A stretch of 64,000 bases of DNA from Candidatus Multivoradales bacterium (GCA_965223155.1 CBDCVR010000013.1:416001-480000), one strand, 5' to 3'. Positions 27,269-37,727 are shown, numbered from the stretch's first letter. The notes: generated from the sequence alone by a model not told the origin. Numbers and translations are program-made.

Positions 27269-28792
27269 TTACTCGAGCGGTGGCAGAAGCTCGTCAAGAT
27301 CGCGCCGCAGGCACTGACGGGCCTGCTCGATGTCGTTGGCCATCACCCGGTCCTCGCGCCATCTTCCTACCCGTTTCCGGAGCGCGCCGTGAAGCGCTTC
27401 GAGCGGATCGCTCGAGCGCAACGGCCGCACCAGGTCGATGCCTTGTCCGGCGGCCAGGAGCTCGATTGCCAGGACGGTCTCGACGTTGCGGAATACGGGT
27501 TCCAGGCGGAGCGCCGCGCCCATTCCCATCGAGACGTGGTCCTCCTTGCCCGCCGAGGTCGGGATCGAGTCCACCGAGGCCGGATGGCACAAGCTCTTGG
27601 TCTCGCTCACCAGGGCTGCCGCGGTCACGTGGGCGATCATGAATCCGGAGTTGAGGCCGGAATCTTCGACCAGGAACGCCGGCAAGCCGGAGAATCTGGG
27701 ATCGGTCAACTTCTCGATCCGCCGTTCGCTGAGCGAACCTAGCTCGGCCACGGCCACCGCCAGCGCATCGGCCGCGAAGGCCATGGGCTCGCCATGGAAA
27801 TTCCCGCCCGAGAGCACCTCCGCAGTCCCGTCCGAACTCTCGAAGACAAGGGGATTGTCGGTGACCGCGTTCATCTCGATGGCGAGCTTGCGCTCGACGT
27901 CGGCCAGTACGTCCCGCACCGCGCCGTGGACCTGCGGCATGCAGCGGAAGCTGTAGGCGTCCTGGACGCGGTCATCGTCGTGACGGTGGGATTCGCGAAT
28001 CTCGGAACCGCTCAGCAGGCGGCGCAAGTTGGCCGCGCTCGCGATCTGCCCGGGATGTGGACGCAGAGCATGAATGCGCTCGTCGAAGGCCGTGTCGGTG
28101 CCGCGGATGGCATCCGTCGCCAAGGCACCGATGAGATCCGCCAGCCTCACAAGCCGGCGGGCGCCCAAAGCCGCCAGCGCTACCAGGGCGGTCATGGCCT
28201 GGGTGCCGTTGATCAGGGCCAGGCCCTCCTTGGCCTCGAGAGCCAGAGGCTCGAGACCGGCTTCCGCCAGGGCGTCCCCCGCCGGCACGCGCTCGCCTCC
28301 CCGCTCGACCTCGCCCTCCCCGATGAGCGGCAGCGCCAGGTGCGCCAGGGGCGCCAGATCGCCCGAGGCGCCGACCGAGCCCCGCCCGGGCACGACCGGC
28401 AAGAGATCCCGGCTGAGCAATTCCAGGAGGCGATCGACGACCTCGGGCCGCGCCCCGGAGTGCCCACGCGCCAGGGTGTTGGCTCGCAGCAGCAGCATGC
28501 CCCGAACCGCGGGCGCCGGCAGCGGATCGCCGGTGCCGGCGGCGTGGCTTACGAGCAGCCGGCGCTGCAACTCGCCAAGCCGTTCGGGCGCGATCCGGGT
28601 GTCGGCGAGGAGTCCGAAGCCGGTGTTGACGCCGTACACGGCGTCACCCTCGGCCGCCCGCGTTTCGAGCGCGCGCCGCCCGGCCGCCATCGCGGTCCGG
28701 GCCTCCCGGGTCAGCCGAACCCTTCGGCCACCTGCGGCGATCTCCCCGAAGGCGTCGAGCGTGAGCCCGCCGCCCGACAGCTCTAGAGTCAA
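27269..28792 (-). CDS. hutH: Histidine ammonia-lyase
   Basis: VYGVNTGFG, GSVGASGDLAPL (MIO-forming ASG), QDAYSFRC, GGNFHG, EDHVSMG. Confidence 0.95.
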   Translation of the reverse strand: MTLELSGGGLTLDAFGEIAAGGRRVRLTREARTAMAAGRRALETRAAEGDAVYGVNTGFGLLADTRIAPERLGELQRRLLVSHAAGTGDPLPAPAVRGMLLLRANTLARGHSGARPEVVDRLLELLSRDLLPVVPGRGSVGASGDLAPLAHLALPLIGEGEVERGGERVPAGDALAEAGLEPLALEAKEGLALINGTQAMTALVALAALGARRLVRLADLIGALATDAIRGTDTAFDERIHALRPHPGQIASAANLRRLLSGSEIRESHRHDDDRVQDAYSFRCMPQVHGAVRDVLADVERKLAIEMNAVTDNPLVFESSDGTAEVLSGGNFHGEPMAFAADALAVAVAELGSLSERRIEKLTDPRFSGLPAFLVEDSGLNSGFMIAHVTAAALVSETKSLCHPASVDSIPTSAGKEDHVSMGMGAALRLEPVFRNVETVLAIELLAAGQGIDLVRPLRSSDPLEALHGALRKRVGRWREDRVMANDIEQARQCLRRDLDELLPPLE

Positions 28793-28810
28793 CGTTCCCG
28801 AGCGGCCTCG

Positions 28811-29428
28811 CTAGTCGCCCAAGTCGAAATCCACCTCGGGCGCGGTCTCCGCTCCCGGCTGCGAGGCAAAGTAGGACTTGGCTTCGAACGGCCAGCCCAG
28901 CGTCTTGATGAACCAGCTCGTCGGAACCCGGCGAATCCGGGTATTGAACGCCCGGGCGACCTCGTTGAAGCGATTCCGCTCGACCGAGATGCGGTTCTCG
29001 GTGCCCTCGAGCTGGACCATCAGGTCCTGGAAGGCGGCCACCGCCCGCAGCTCGGGATAGCGCTCGACGACCAGCAGCAGCCGGCTCAAGGCCGAGGACA
29101 GGCCGTCCTGGGCCTGCTGGAACCGGGCGAAGGCTTCCGGGCTGTTCAGGAGATCCGGGTTGGCCTCGAGGCCCACGCGGGTCGCCTGGGATCTCGCCTC
29201 GACCACCTGGGTCAGCGTCTCCTGCTCGAACTCGGCGGCGCCCTCGACGCTCGCAACCAGATTCGGGATCAGATCGGCCCGGCGCTGGTAGGCGGTCTCG
29301 ACCTGCGCCCAAGCCGTCGTCACGGCTTCGTCTTCGGCCACGAGGCGGTTGTACTCGCCGAAAACCCAGAAGGCGACGACGCCCCCGAGCAGCAAGAGAA
29401 CGACGAGGCAGCCAGCGATAAATTTCAT
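28811..29428 (-). CDS. lemA: LemA family protein
   Basis: YQRRADLIPNLV, ERYPEL, LEGTENRISVER..FN. Confidence 0.93.
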   Translation of the reverse strand: MKFIAGCLVVLLLLGGVVAFWVFGEYNRLVAEDEAVTTAWAQVETAYQRRADLIPNLVASVEGAAEFEQETLTQVVEARSQATRVGLEANPDLLNSPEAFARFQQAQDGLSSALSRLLLVVERYPELRAVAAFQDLMVQLEGTENRISVERNRFNEVARAFNTRIRRVPTSWFIKTLGWPFEAKSYFASQPGAETAPEVDFDLGD

Positions 29429-29631
29429 GCTTCGAACCCTCCTTCTCGACCTTCCGAACCGTTGGGCGCCCTCGGCCCATGAAGGCGAGCGCCCGACGCG
29501 ATCTTACCCCGAGCCGGGATGATTTCTTGTCCACCGAGACCCCAGGCCAGGAATCGAGACCGAATCGATGGCGGCCTGAACGCTGCGACCCGTCAGATTT
29601 CGGCCCTCGCTGCCGTCTCTCATCACGAGAG

Positions 29632-31158
29632 ATGTTCGCGCGCGTGACATCGGCAACGCCCTGGGGGATCGAGGCACGAGAGGTGGCGGTCGAGATCGAC
29701 GCTCACAACGGCCTGCCCCAGGTTCAGATCGTGGGCCTGCCCGACGCAGCGGTGCGCGAGAGTCGGGAACGGGTCCGAACCGCGCTCCGCAATTGCGGCT
29801 TCACCCTGCCGCCCCGCTCGATCGTGGTGAACCTGGCTCCGGCCGACATCCGCAAGGCCGGCAACCATCTGGACCTGGCGATCGCGCTCGGCCTGCTCGC
29901 GGCGTTCGAGCAAGTCCCCCGGGAGACCCTCGTCGGCCGGCTCTTCTGCGGGGAGCTCGGCCTAGACGGTACGGTCCGGCCGATACGAGGCGGGCTCGCC
30001 ATCGCCGATCTGGCCCACCGGCTTGGATGCCGCGAGCTCCTCGTTCCAGAGGCTAACGGACCGGAGGCGGCGGCTCTCGGACGGGTTCCAGTCCTCCCGA
30101 TCTCGAGTCTCCGCGGCGCAGTCGAGCACCTCCTTGAAGTCACCCCGGTCAGCCCGGTCGAGCCCTTCGCCACCGGTCTCGAGACCGGACCGAAGGCGGC
30201 GAGCGACCTGGCCGAGGTGCGGGGTCAAGAGACCGCCAAGCGCTGCCTCGAGATCGCGGCCGGCGGCGGCCACAACCTCCTCTTTCTGGGACCGCCGGGG
30301 GCGGGCAAGACCATGCTCGCGCGCTGCCTCCCTGGCTTGCTTCCGGCATTGACTCCGAGCGAAGCCGCCGAGCTCACCAAGGTGGTTTCCCGGGTCGCCG
30401 CCGAGCCTCCGAGCGGCCTGGTATGCGAGCGACCCTTTCGGAGTCCACACACCGGCATCTCCACCGCCGCTCTCATCGGCGGCGGAACCGTTCCGCGCCC
30501 TGGCGAAGTGAGTCTCGCCCACACCGGGGTGCTCTTCCTGGACGAGCTCCCCGAGTTCCGGCGCGACGCTCTCGAATCGCTGCGTCAACCTCTGGAAGAC
30601 GGGCACGTCTGGGTAGTTCGGACCCAAGGGAGATTCCGGTTCCCGGCCCGCTTCGCGCTTCTGGCGGCGATGAATCCGTGCCCGTGCGGTCACCACGGCG
30701 ATCCCAAGCACGAGTGCTCCTGCTCCCCGCTCCAGATCGAGAACTACCGGCGCCGGGTCTCGGGACCGCTCTTGGATCGCATTGATCTCCACGTCGAGGT
30801 CCCAGCTCTCGAGCTCCAGCACCTTCGGGGGCCGGCAGGTGAATCCAGCGCCGTTGTTCGGGACCGGATCCGACACGCGCGCGAGCTTCAGGGCAAGCGC
30901 CTGGGAGAGACTCTCGCGGTCCCGGCCAACGCGGCCATGGGGCCTCGCGAGATCCGGCGCCACTGCCGCCTCTCCGGCGAGGCTCGGACCCTCCTCGACG
31001 ACGCCTTCGAGCGCCTGGGGCTCTCAGCCCGTGCCTACAGCCGCGTCCTCAAGGTCTCCCGCACCATCGCCGACCTGGCCGGCGGCGACACCATCGGACC
31101 CGCCCACGTCGCCGAAGCCATCCAGTACCGCAGCCTGGACCGGCGGCTGGTCTCCTAG
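29632..31158 (+). CDS. comM: YifB/ComM Mg-chelatase-like AAA+ ATPase
   Basis: IVGLPDAAVRESRERV, NLAPAD, GPPGAGKTM, LFLDELPEF, AMNPCPCG. Confidence 0.92.
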   Translation: MFARVTSATPWGIEAREVAVEIDAHNGLPQVQIVGLPDAAVRESRERVRTALRNCGFTLPPRSIVVNLAPADIRKAGNHLDLAIALGLLAAFEQVPRETLVGRLFCGELGLDGTVRPIRGGLAIADLAHRLGCRELLVPEANGPEAAALGRVPVLPISSLRGAVEHLLEVTPVSPVEPFATGLETGPKAASDLAEVRGQETAKRCLEIAAGGGHNLLFLGPPGAGKTMLARCLPGLLPALTPSEAAELTKVVSRVAAEPPSGLVCERPFRSPHTGISTAALIGGGTVPRPGEVSLAHTGVLFLDELPEFRRDALESLRQPLEDGHVWVVRTQGRFRFPARFALLAAMNPCPCGHHGDPKHECSCSPLQIENYRRRVSGPLLDRIDLHVEVPALELQHLRGPAGESSAVVRDRIRHARELQGKRLGETLAVPANAAMGPREIRRHCRLSGEARTLLDDAFERLGLSARAYSRVLKVSRTIADLAGGDTIGPAHVAEAIQYRSLDRRLVS

Positions 31159-31340
31159 GGTCCTCTTCCGGTCTCCCACGGGGCCAAGACCAGTGCTGAA
31201 TACATCGAGCCACCTGGGTAGGACCTGAAGGGCCTCCGCCGTCGTCTTCGAGACTGCGCTACTTCGCCCGGGTTCTTGAAGCGCAAGAGGGATCGAGGAC
31301 TAGACTTCTTCGCTCTCCGGCAAGTCCCGAGTTCGTCGCA

Positions 31341-32765
31341 CTAGTCTCCAAATCCGAGCCATTCGTGCACGTACTCGGGACCTTCGAATTTTCTCCTGTA
31401 CACCACCTTCTCCAGGCCAGTAGACCAGTCCCTGACTTCAATAATGAAGCCGTCAGCCTTTCCCTTTCGATTCGACGTCATGTTGATGAATCCCGACTTG
31501 CAGCGGTTGAAGCCAGTCTGTGGACATGCCATCCCCGAACAGGGTCTTAGCTCGTCGAAAATCGATGGATACTTTCGGATCTTGCCTTTCGAGTCGCGTC
31601 GAAAGGAGATGGCGAAGGGCTCGACGGTCTGATCCAGGCCGTTGCACACGCGAAGCTTGACGAATATGTCGCTGATGCCGAACTTCGAATTCAGCTCGAC
31701 ATCGTCGAGTTTGACCCTTCCGGGTTCGGTTATCGCCTGCTCGGCCACGCCAACCCTAACCGCAACGAGATCGCTCTCTGAGCCCTGTGAGTTCGCGAGG
31801 AGAGTCTTCGGGTATTGCCTCAACGAAACCGTGGCGCGAACGCGATCGCCAGCTCGAAACTCGATCGGAGCCCCGCGGCACGTAAGGAACGCGAATTTTC
31901 GGCGATTGTGGACAATTCGGCGCCGCTCGCTGGAGCCGTCCGCATGCCGAACCTCGATGGCGGCGATCGCTTTGCCCCGTCTCGCGGACTTGCACTCCGC
32001 TCCTCGACAGACGATCGGAGTGCCTTGCATACATAGGAAGCCGGGGCCGAGACTCTCCGCAAGCTCGATCTCCGCAAGCCGGAACTTCATCGGCATCCTG
32101 AACGAGGTTCCTTCGGCGGCCTCCGGTGGTACGTACGCGACGAAATGAGAGTCCAGCGACCGAGCAATGAAATCAGGAGGTCGTGCATCACCCATCGGTT
32201 GATATTCCGGCCCTTCAGCCCAACCGGTCGTTCCACCTGGCAAGGCGCTGACGGCGAAGGCGGATACGGCACTGCCAGAAGAAGTATCCGGCGTTATTGC
32301 AAGTTGCGCCAATACGGCATCATCCCATTTCAGTCTTGGCAATCTTTCGAACGCAAACCTAGCAACAAGGCGCTCTTCCGGCTCGAATCTGACCGGCCCA
32401 CCCGACACCGTACAGACGGCGTCTTCCGACAGAACGCATTCGTCACCGACCAGGACCGCCTCTTGACCGTTTCGCTCCGCAACCAGCGAAAACGAAGCGG
32501 GACCTTGGCCACTGTAACGGGCTGGAAGTCGGAAGTCGCTATGGACGGCTGCGACGGTGCTGGTCCGGAAGGGAGACTTGGAGACCCACACCCATTGATC
32601 GAGGACCGCCTTGTTGGTCGTGACGCCATACGAGGTAAGCCAGAATGTCGTCCTGGCGGCCTCCTGCGCGAAGGCAGAACCGGCAGTACAGACTGACATC
32701 CACGAGGCAAGGAGTAACGCGGGGCCCCGGACTAGCAAATTCGCTCGCGGGCCACGTCCGTTCAT
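31341..32765 (-). CDS. Secreted Cys-rich hypothetical protein (lower GC than flanks)
   Basis: Long ORF with signal peptide (..GSAFA/QE); two internal domains resembling the proteins at 47836-49336. Confidence 0.7.
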   Translation of the reverse strand: MNGRGPRANLLVRGPALLLASWMSVCTAGSAFAQEAARTTFWLTSYGVTTNKAVLDQWVWVSKSPFRTSTVAAVHSDFRLPARYSGQGPASFSLVAERNGQEAVLVGDECVLSEDAVCTVSGGPVRFEPEERLVARFAFERLPRLKWDDAVLAQLAITPDTSSGSAVSAFAVSALPGGTTGWAEGPEYQPMGDARPPDFIARSLDSHFVAYVPPEAAEGTSFRMPMKFRLAEIELAESLGPGFLCMQGTPIVCRGAECKSARRGKAIAAIEVRHADGSSERRRIVHNRRKFAFLTCRGAPIEFRAGDRVRATVSLRQYPKTLLANSQGSESDLVAVRVGVAEQAITEPGRVKLDDVELNSKFGISDIFVKLRVCNGLDQTVEPFAISFRRDSKGKIRKYPSIFDELRPCSGMACPQTGFNRCKSGFINMTSNRKGKADGFIIEVRDWSTGLEKVVYRRKFEGPEYVHEWLGFGD

Positions 32766-32947
32766 TCCTATGCCCCCGTCAATTCTGCTCGAAGATGCCA
32801 AGGTACTGCCCTTTCGTAGGAACGCTTCTTTGGGCCGGTGCCTGATGATACCGCGCTTGCACGACGCCTGGTTGTCGAGTCTCAGGACCGTGTTCACGGG
32901 TATTGAAAGTCCACTGGCCGGCCGAACTCCCTTGGTATCGTGGTCAC

Positions 32948-35590
32948 GTGAGCTCGACTCCCAGTCGGCGGCGCCTGCCTTGGGCGGTTTGCTGCCTGGC
33001 CTTGACCCTAGCCCTCCCGAGTGCCGTGGGCGGACAGGCTCGAGGCCCCGAACCCGACGCGATCTTCCCGGGACAGTCCCTGACGCGGGCGCTCCAGGAG
33101 CTCCAGGCCCGGGGTCTCGAGCTGATCTTCACTAGCCGGGTCGTCGGGCCAGAGCTGCGGGTGGAGGCTGTGCCCGCGGAGGCCAATACGCGCAAGCTCC
33201 TGGATGGGCTCTTGGCGGCCCACGGCCTCGAGGCGCGGGAGGGTGTCGGCGGGGCGCTGGTGGTGGTTCCGGCCGATCGCAGCCGCTCGGCGGACTCTGC
33301 CGGCCTATCCGGAGTGGTGCTTTCCAGGGCTACCGGCCGGGCCGAGCCCGGAGTCCAGGTTGTCCTAGTGGGATTGACCGGATCTAGCGAATCTGGCAAC
33401 TCGACCAGCTCGGGCAGATCGGCGGCCACCTCTACGCTGACCGATGAGGCTGGCAAGTTCGGGTTCTCGGATCTCACGCCGGGCCGCCTGACCCTCGAGT
33501 TCCGGCGCCGGGGATTCGTGGTGCGGGAGCTCCCCGACGTCGAGGTCGGACTCGGCACGAATCTCGCCGTGACGGTGCTCCTGGATCCGGCGCCGATCGC
33601 CGAAGACTCGATCGTGGTGACGCCCAGCAAGATCTCTCTCTTGCGCCGCGATCCGATCACCCCGGTCGCGGTCAACCGCGAACAGTTGACCGCCCTACCC
33701 CAGCTCGGCGGCGACTTCTTCCGGGCGCTGAGCCTGTTGCCCGGAATCGCCGCCAACGATGTGTCCGCCGCCTTTCACGTGCGGGGCGCTCGGCGCGACG
33801 CCACCCAGATCGTCCTCGACGGCCAGGAGCTCTACGAGGGGTTCCATCTCCAGGACTTCGACCGGGCTCTCAGCCTCATCGCTCCCGGAGTTCTCGACAA
33901 CGTTGAGCTCTCGACCGGCGGTTTTGGCGCCAGCCACGGCGATCGCTTGGCTGGCGTCCTGGACATGACCACGCGCACGCCGGCGGGCGCCATCCGCAGC
34001 CAGATCGGACTCGACGTCTTGAGTCTCCAGCTTGGCGCCGCCGGCGCCTCGGACTCCGGCCAAACCGCCTGGCTGGCGCAGGGTCGGCGCGGAACCGCCG
34101 ATCTGGCCCGGAAGATCGTCGGGGACGAGCGGCCGGAGTACTGGGATCTCTTCGCCAAGATCGACCGGCAGACCAGCCCGGGGACGAGCCTGCGTGGCAA
34201 TTTGCTGCACGCCGAGGATTCGTTTCACCTCGCCGAGACCAACGCGGACGGCGAAAAGGGTTTCCGCACCGCCTACGAGACCTCGTACCTCTGGACGACT
34301 CTCCAACGCCTGCTAGGCGACTCTCTCCTGGTCGATAGCGCGCTCTCGTGGAGCCGGATCCGGCGTGACCGGAACGGATTCGAGCTTGACGAGGACGTGC
34401 GCTTCGACGTTGGCGACCGCCGGGACACCGACGTGCTCGCCGCCCGCCAGTCCTGGCACCTCCAGCAGCGAAGCGGCCCGGAGCTGCGCTGGGGCTTCGA
34501 CCTGAGACGGTTCGACACGGCGTACGACTACGCGGCGGATTTCGCCTTCGACAGTCCCCTGGCCGAGATCCGCGCCAACGGTCCCGAGGGCTCGATCGCG
34601 ATCGCGGGGACCCTGGAAGAGCGCCAGGACAGCGCGTTCTTGATCTACCGCTGGCATCCAACAACAGCGTTGGCTCTGGAGACCGGCCTGCGCTACGACC
34701 GTGCCGGCCAGACCGGCCAAAGCTTGCTGCAGCCGCGGCTCAATCTGGCCTACTCAGCCGGCAGCGAAGTCCTGTGGCGAGCGGCCTGGGGACGCTTCGC
34801 CCAGAGTCAGCGCACCTACGAGTTGGACATCGCCGACGGCGTCACCACCTTCGCTCCGATCGAGCGAGCCGAGCACCGCGTGTTGGGGTTCGAGAAGCGT
34901 TTCCGGCCGAGACGGGCCCGACCCTTGACTCTCCGGGTCGAAGCCTACCAGCGCACAGTCGACGACCCCCGACCCCGTTTCGAGAACCTGTACGAGCCGA
35001 TCAACGAGTTCCAGGAGGTCGAGCCGGATCGGGTGCTCATCCGACCTCGGAGCAGCCGTGCCGAGGGACTCGAGCTCTTCCTGCAGGGCGGTCTTGGGCG
35101 GCGGCTGGACTGGTGGATCAACTACGCCTTGGCCGACACCGAGGATGTTCTCTTCGACGGCCTCCGGGTGCCGCGTGCATTCGACCAAACCCATACGCTG
35201 AATCTGGATCTCGACTACCGAATCGGTCCGGCCTGGACAGTGAACCTGGCCTGGCGGTACCACACGGGCTGGCCCACCACGCCGCTCACCTTGGTTGCCG
35301 AGCTCCCAGACGGTGATGAAGACGACGAGGCCGAGTTCCTGCCCAGACTGGGCCTCCCGTTTAGCGAGCGCCTACCGGCGTACCACCGGCTAGACGTTCG
35401 CGTCACCCGGCGCTGGAAGCCCTCGGAGCGAACGAGTCTACTTGCCTTTCTGGACGTCCAGAACGCCTACGATCGGGACAATGTCGCGGGCTTCGACTAC
35501 GGTATCGACGAGGAACTGGGAATCCTCGACGCGGAGCCCGAGCACTGGACCGGGCTCTTTCCGTCGATCGGAGTCCGGATCACGTTCTGA
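32948..35590 (+). CDS. TonB-dependent receptor with N-terminal signalling (STN-like) and carboxypeptidase-regulatory-like domains
   Basis: Signal peptide; plug DFFRALSLLPG..VRG..LDG; GGFGASHGD; YHRLD; C-terminal Phe; start uncertain (32903 or 32948). Confidence 0.88.
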   Translation: MSSTPSRRRLPWAVCCLALTLALPSAVGGQARGPEPDAIFPGQSLTRALQELQARGLELIFTSRVVGPELRVEAVPAEANTRKLLDGLLAAHGLEAREGVGGALVVVPADRSRSADSAGLSGVVLSRATGRAEPGVQVVLVGLTGSSESGNSTSSGRSAATSTLTDEAGKFGFSDLTPGRLTLEFRRRGFVVRELPDVEVGLGTNLAVTVLLDPAPIAEDSIVVTPSKISLLRRDPITPVAVNREQLTALPQLGGDFFRALSLLPGIAANDVSAAFHVRGARRDATQIVLDGQELYEGFHLQDFDRALSLIAPGVLDNVELSTGGFGASHGDRLAGVLDMTTRTPAGAIRSQIGLDVLSLQLGAAGASDSGQTAWLAQGRRGTADLARKIVGDERPEYWDLFAKIDRQTSPGTSLRGNLLHAEDSFHLAETNADGEKGFRTAYETSYLWTTLQRLLGDSLLVDSALSWSRIRRDRNGFELDEDVRFDVGDRRDTDVLAARQSWHLQQRSGPELRWGFDLRRFDTAYDYAADFAFDSPLAEIRANGPEGSIAIAGTLEERQDSAFLIYRWHPTTALALETGLRYDRAGQTGQSLLQPRLNLAYSAGSEVLWRAAWGRFAQSQRTYELDIADGVTTFAPIERAEHRVLGFEKRFRPRRARPLTLRVEAYQRTVDDPRPRFENLYEPINEFQEVEPDRVLIRPRSSRAEGLELFLQGGLGRRLDWWINYALADTEDVLFDGLRVPRAFDQTHTLNLDLDYRIGPAWTVNLAWRYHTGWPTTPLTLVAELPDGDEDDEAEFLPRLGLPFSERLPAYHRLDVRVTRRWKPSERTSLLAFLDVQNAYDRDNVAGFDYGIDEELGILDAEPEHWTGLFPSIGVRITF

Positions 35591-35655
35591 GATCTAGCTC
35601 CACGTGCAGTTTGATCTATTGGACCGGTTCAGTAGCGTCGGTCGCGTCTCCTGCC

Positions 35656-36810
35656 CTAGTCGATCGACTCATCGACGAGAACCAAGAGACCACCGTCCTC
35701 GAACCGAGCCTCGAGACCGCTGCCGACGAGTATCGGCGTGACCGATTCACGCGGTGCCATGCCTTCGATCGAACCGTGCAGAATGGTGCCTTCGAGCTCG
35801 GCCCTCGCCTGGGGATCCTGAAAGCGAACCGTCCAGCCGGTCTCTCGCTCCAGCCAACGTAGATACTCGCTGAGGGTTCGTCCCTCGATCGAGAACGGAA
35901 TCGCCAGCGCCTCGATCCAGGTCCACGAAGAATCGTCGCTTGAGACCTGACTTCGCGACCAAGCGCCACCGGCGCTCATCTGAACCGCCTCGCCCGCCGC
36001 GGCCCCCTGCTCGCTCGCACCCGCCTCCACCACGACCGCACCCTCCCGCACCCGCACGCCGAGAACGGCCTCCGCGTCCTCCTGGAGCCGAACCTCGAAC
36101 TGGGTTCCAATCTCACGCACCGAGCCCCACGGAGTCGTGACGGTGATCGCCGAGCCGGGATTTGCTCTCGAGGTCTCGACACCGGAGTCAACGTAGACCG
36201 CTCCGGATTCGAGCTGGATACGCTCAGCCGAGAGGAACCGGGCGCGGCTGCCGGCATCGAATCGCACGCTCTGGCCGGCGCCAAGGCGTAGGCCGACCCG
36301 GCCGGCGCCGGATTCCCGGTCACCGGTCTCGATCCACGCTCCCGAAAGAACCTCGCTGCCCAAGGTCCCCTCCGTCTCGCCTATCCGCACCGAGCCGGCT
36401 ACGGCCTCGACCGTGCCCAGACGCACCACAGACTCATCCAAGGCTCTCTGGCGCTCGCCGCTCAGCAACCACCAGCCGGCGGTCACCGCGAGCAGCAGAA
36501 CCGCCGCCGCGGCCAGGGAACCCGGTCGCCATCCGGACCGGCTTGCCGGGTGCTGGATAGCGGCGCCAATCTCGGAATCCTCGTTCTCTTCAGCCAGATG
36601 GTCCCGCCAGGAGGCGCGAGCCGCGGCCTTGGCCTGTTCGAAGCGCCTGCCGGAGTCCGAGCCATCCAGCTCCACGGAATCCCGCGGCCCCGCCTCGGCC
36701 AACAGGGCGGCGATCGGGTCGGACCCATCCGCAGGCGACGTCACGTCGGTTCCTGCCGGCGAGTCCAGTCGGCCGTTTCGAGGTTCGTTCTTTGGGTCGC
36801 GAGTCGTCAT
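35656..36810 (-). CDS. FecR-family anti-sigma factor
   Basis: Single TM helix, VREIGTQFEVR, VREG, FecR C-terminal domain; ATGA overlap with the sigma gene. Confidence 0.88.
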   Translation of the reverse strand: MTTRDPKNEPRNGRLDSPAGTDVTSPADGSDPIAALLAEAGPRDSVELDGSDSGRRFEQAKAAARASWRDHLAEENEDSEIGAAIQHPASRSGWRPGSLAAAAVLLLAVTAGWWLLSGERQRALDESVVRLGTVEAVAGSVRIGETEGTLGSEVLSGAWIETGDRESGAGRVGLRLGAGQSVRFDAGSRARFLSAERIQLESGAVYVDSGVETSRANPGSAITVTTPWGSVREIGTQFEVRLQEDAEAVLGVRVREGAVVVEAGASEQGAAAGEAVQMSAGGAWSRSQVSSDDSSWTWIEALAIPFSIEGRTLSEYLRWLERETGWTVRFQDPQARAELEGTILHGSIEGMAPRESVTPILVGSGLEARFEDGGLLVLVDESID

Positions 36811-37550
36811 GATTGCTTCCTCGGAAGGTTGAGGGGGCGGGATCGAACATCTGGAGCGCGAGCAAGGCCCTCGGATTCCGCAACCCGTAGGGGGCTCGGG
36901 CGGTCGGATTCGGTGTCCGCGACGAGCTCGCGGGGCCAGCCCAGGTCCTTGGGTGCCGGCTCGGCTAGATCGGCGTAGGCCTGCCGAAAGGCGTTGCGCG
37001 CCCGGGTTAGGAGCGACTCGGCGGCTTTGGGGCTGAGGTCGAGCCGCAAGGCGATCTCGCGTACCGAAGCGCCCTCGAGATACTTCCACTCCAGAGCCTC
37101 GGCGTAGTGCGGCGGCAAGAGGTCCAGGGCCTCGTGCACGAGATCGCGGCGCTCACGACGCAGCAAGCCCGGCTCGGGACCCAGGCCCAAGGGCGCGGTC
37201 ACGGCTTCAGGCCCAAAGTCGCCATCGTCGAGAGGCAGCTCGCGCTCGGGCCGGCGCTTGCGGAAGTGAGACGCGATCTCGTTACGGCAGCATGCGCAGA
37301 GCCAGGTCGACAGACTGGCCTCTCCGCGATAGGTCGAGAGCTTGGGAATCGCCTTGCACATCGTCGTCTGGACGACGTCCCAGGCCAACTCGATATCGCC
37401 GTGCAGCCGGCGGCGGGCGAAGCGGAAGAGAATCGGCATGTAGCGGTCGGCAAATGCGTCGAAGGCCACCTCGTCCCCACCCAGGATCCGGTGCACCAGT
37501 GCACGCTCGTCCCGGGGGGCGGTTGCGGTCCCTGACTTGGGTTCGATCAC
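36807..37550 (-). CDS. ECF RNA polymerase sigma factor
   Basis: Region 2 DVVQ..YRGEASLSTWL and region 4 LP..S.REIA..S.KAAESLL.RAR. Confidence 0.92.
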   Translation of the reverse strand: MIEPKSGTATAPRDERALVHRILGGDEVAFDAFADRYMPILFRFARRRLHGDIELAWDVVQTTMCKAIPKLSTYRGEASLSTWLCACCRNEIASHFRKRRPERELPLDDGDFGPEAVTAPLGLGPEPGLLRRERRDLVHEALDLLPPHYAEALEWKYLEGASVREIALRLDLSPKAAESLLTRARNAFRQAYADLAEPAPKDLGWPRELVADTESDRPSPLRVAESEGLARAPDVRSRPLNLPRKQS

Positions 37551-37727
37551 GGCTGGATTGCGTCTCTGAAGGGTTTCCGGGGCCTCGGCTCGCTCAGTGA
37601 CCGCTCCGGCCCCTGCTCACTTGGATGCCGGAAAGCCGAAAATCCTTCGTCCCCTTCCCGTTCGACCGACCAGGGTCGTCCCGACGGAACCCCGTGCCCG
37701 GCACCGCCGGTCGCGAGCACGCCACAG

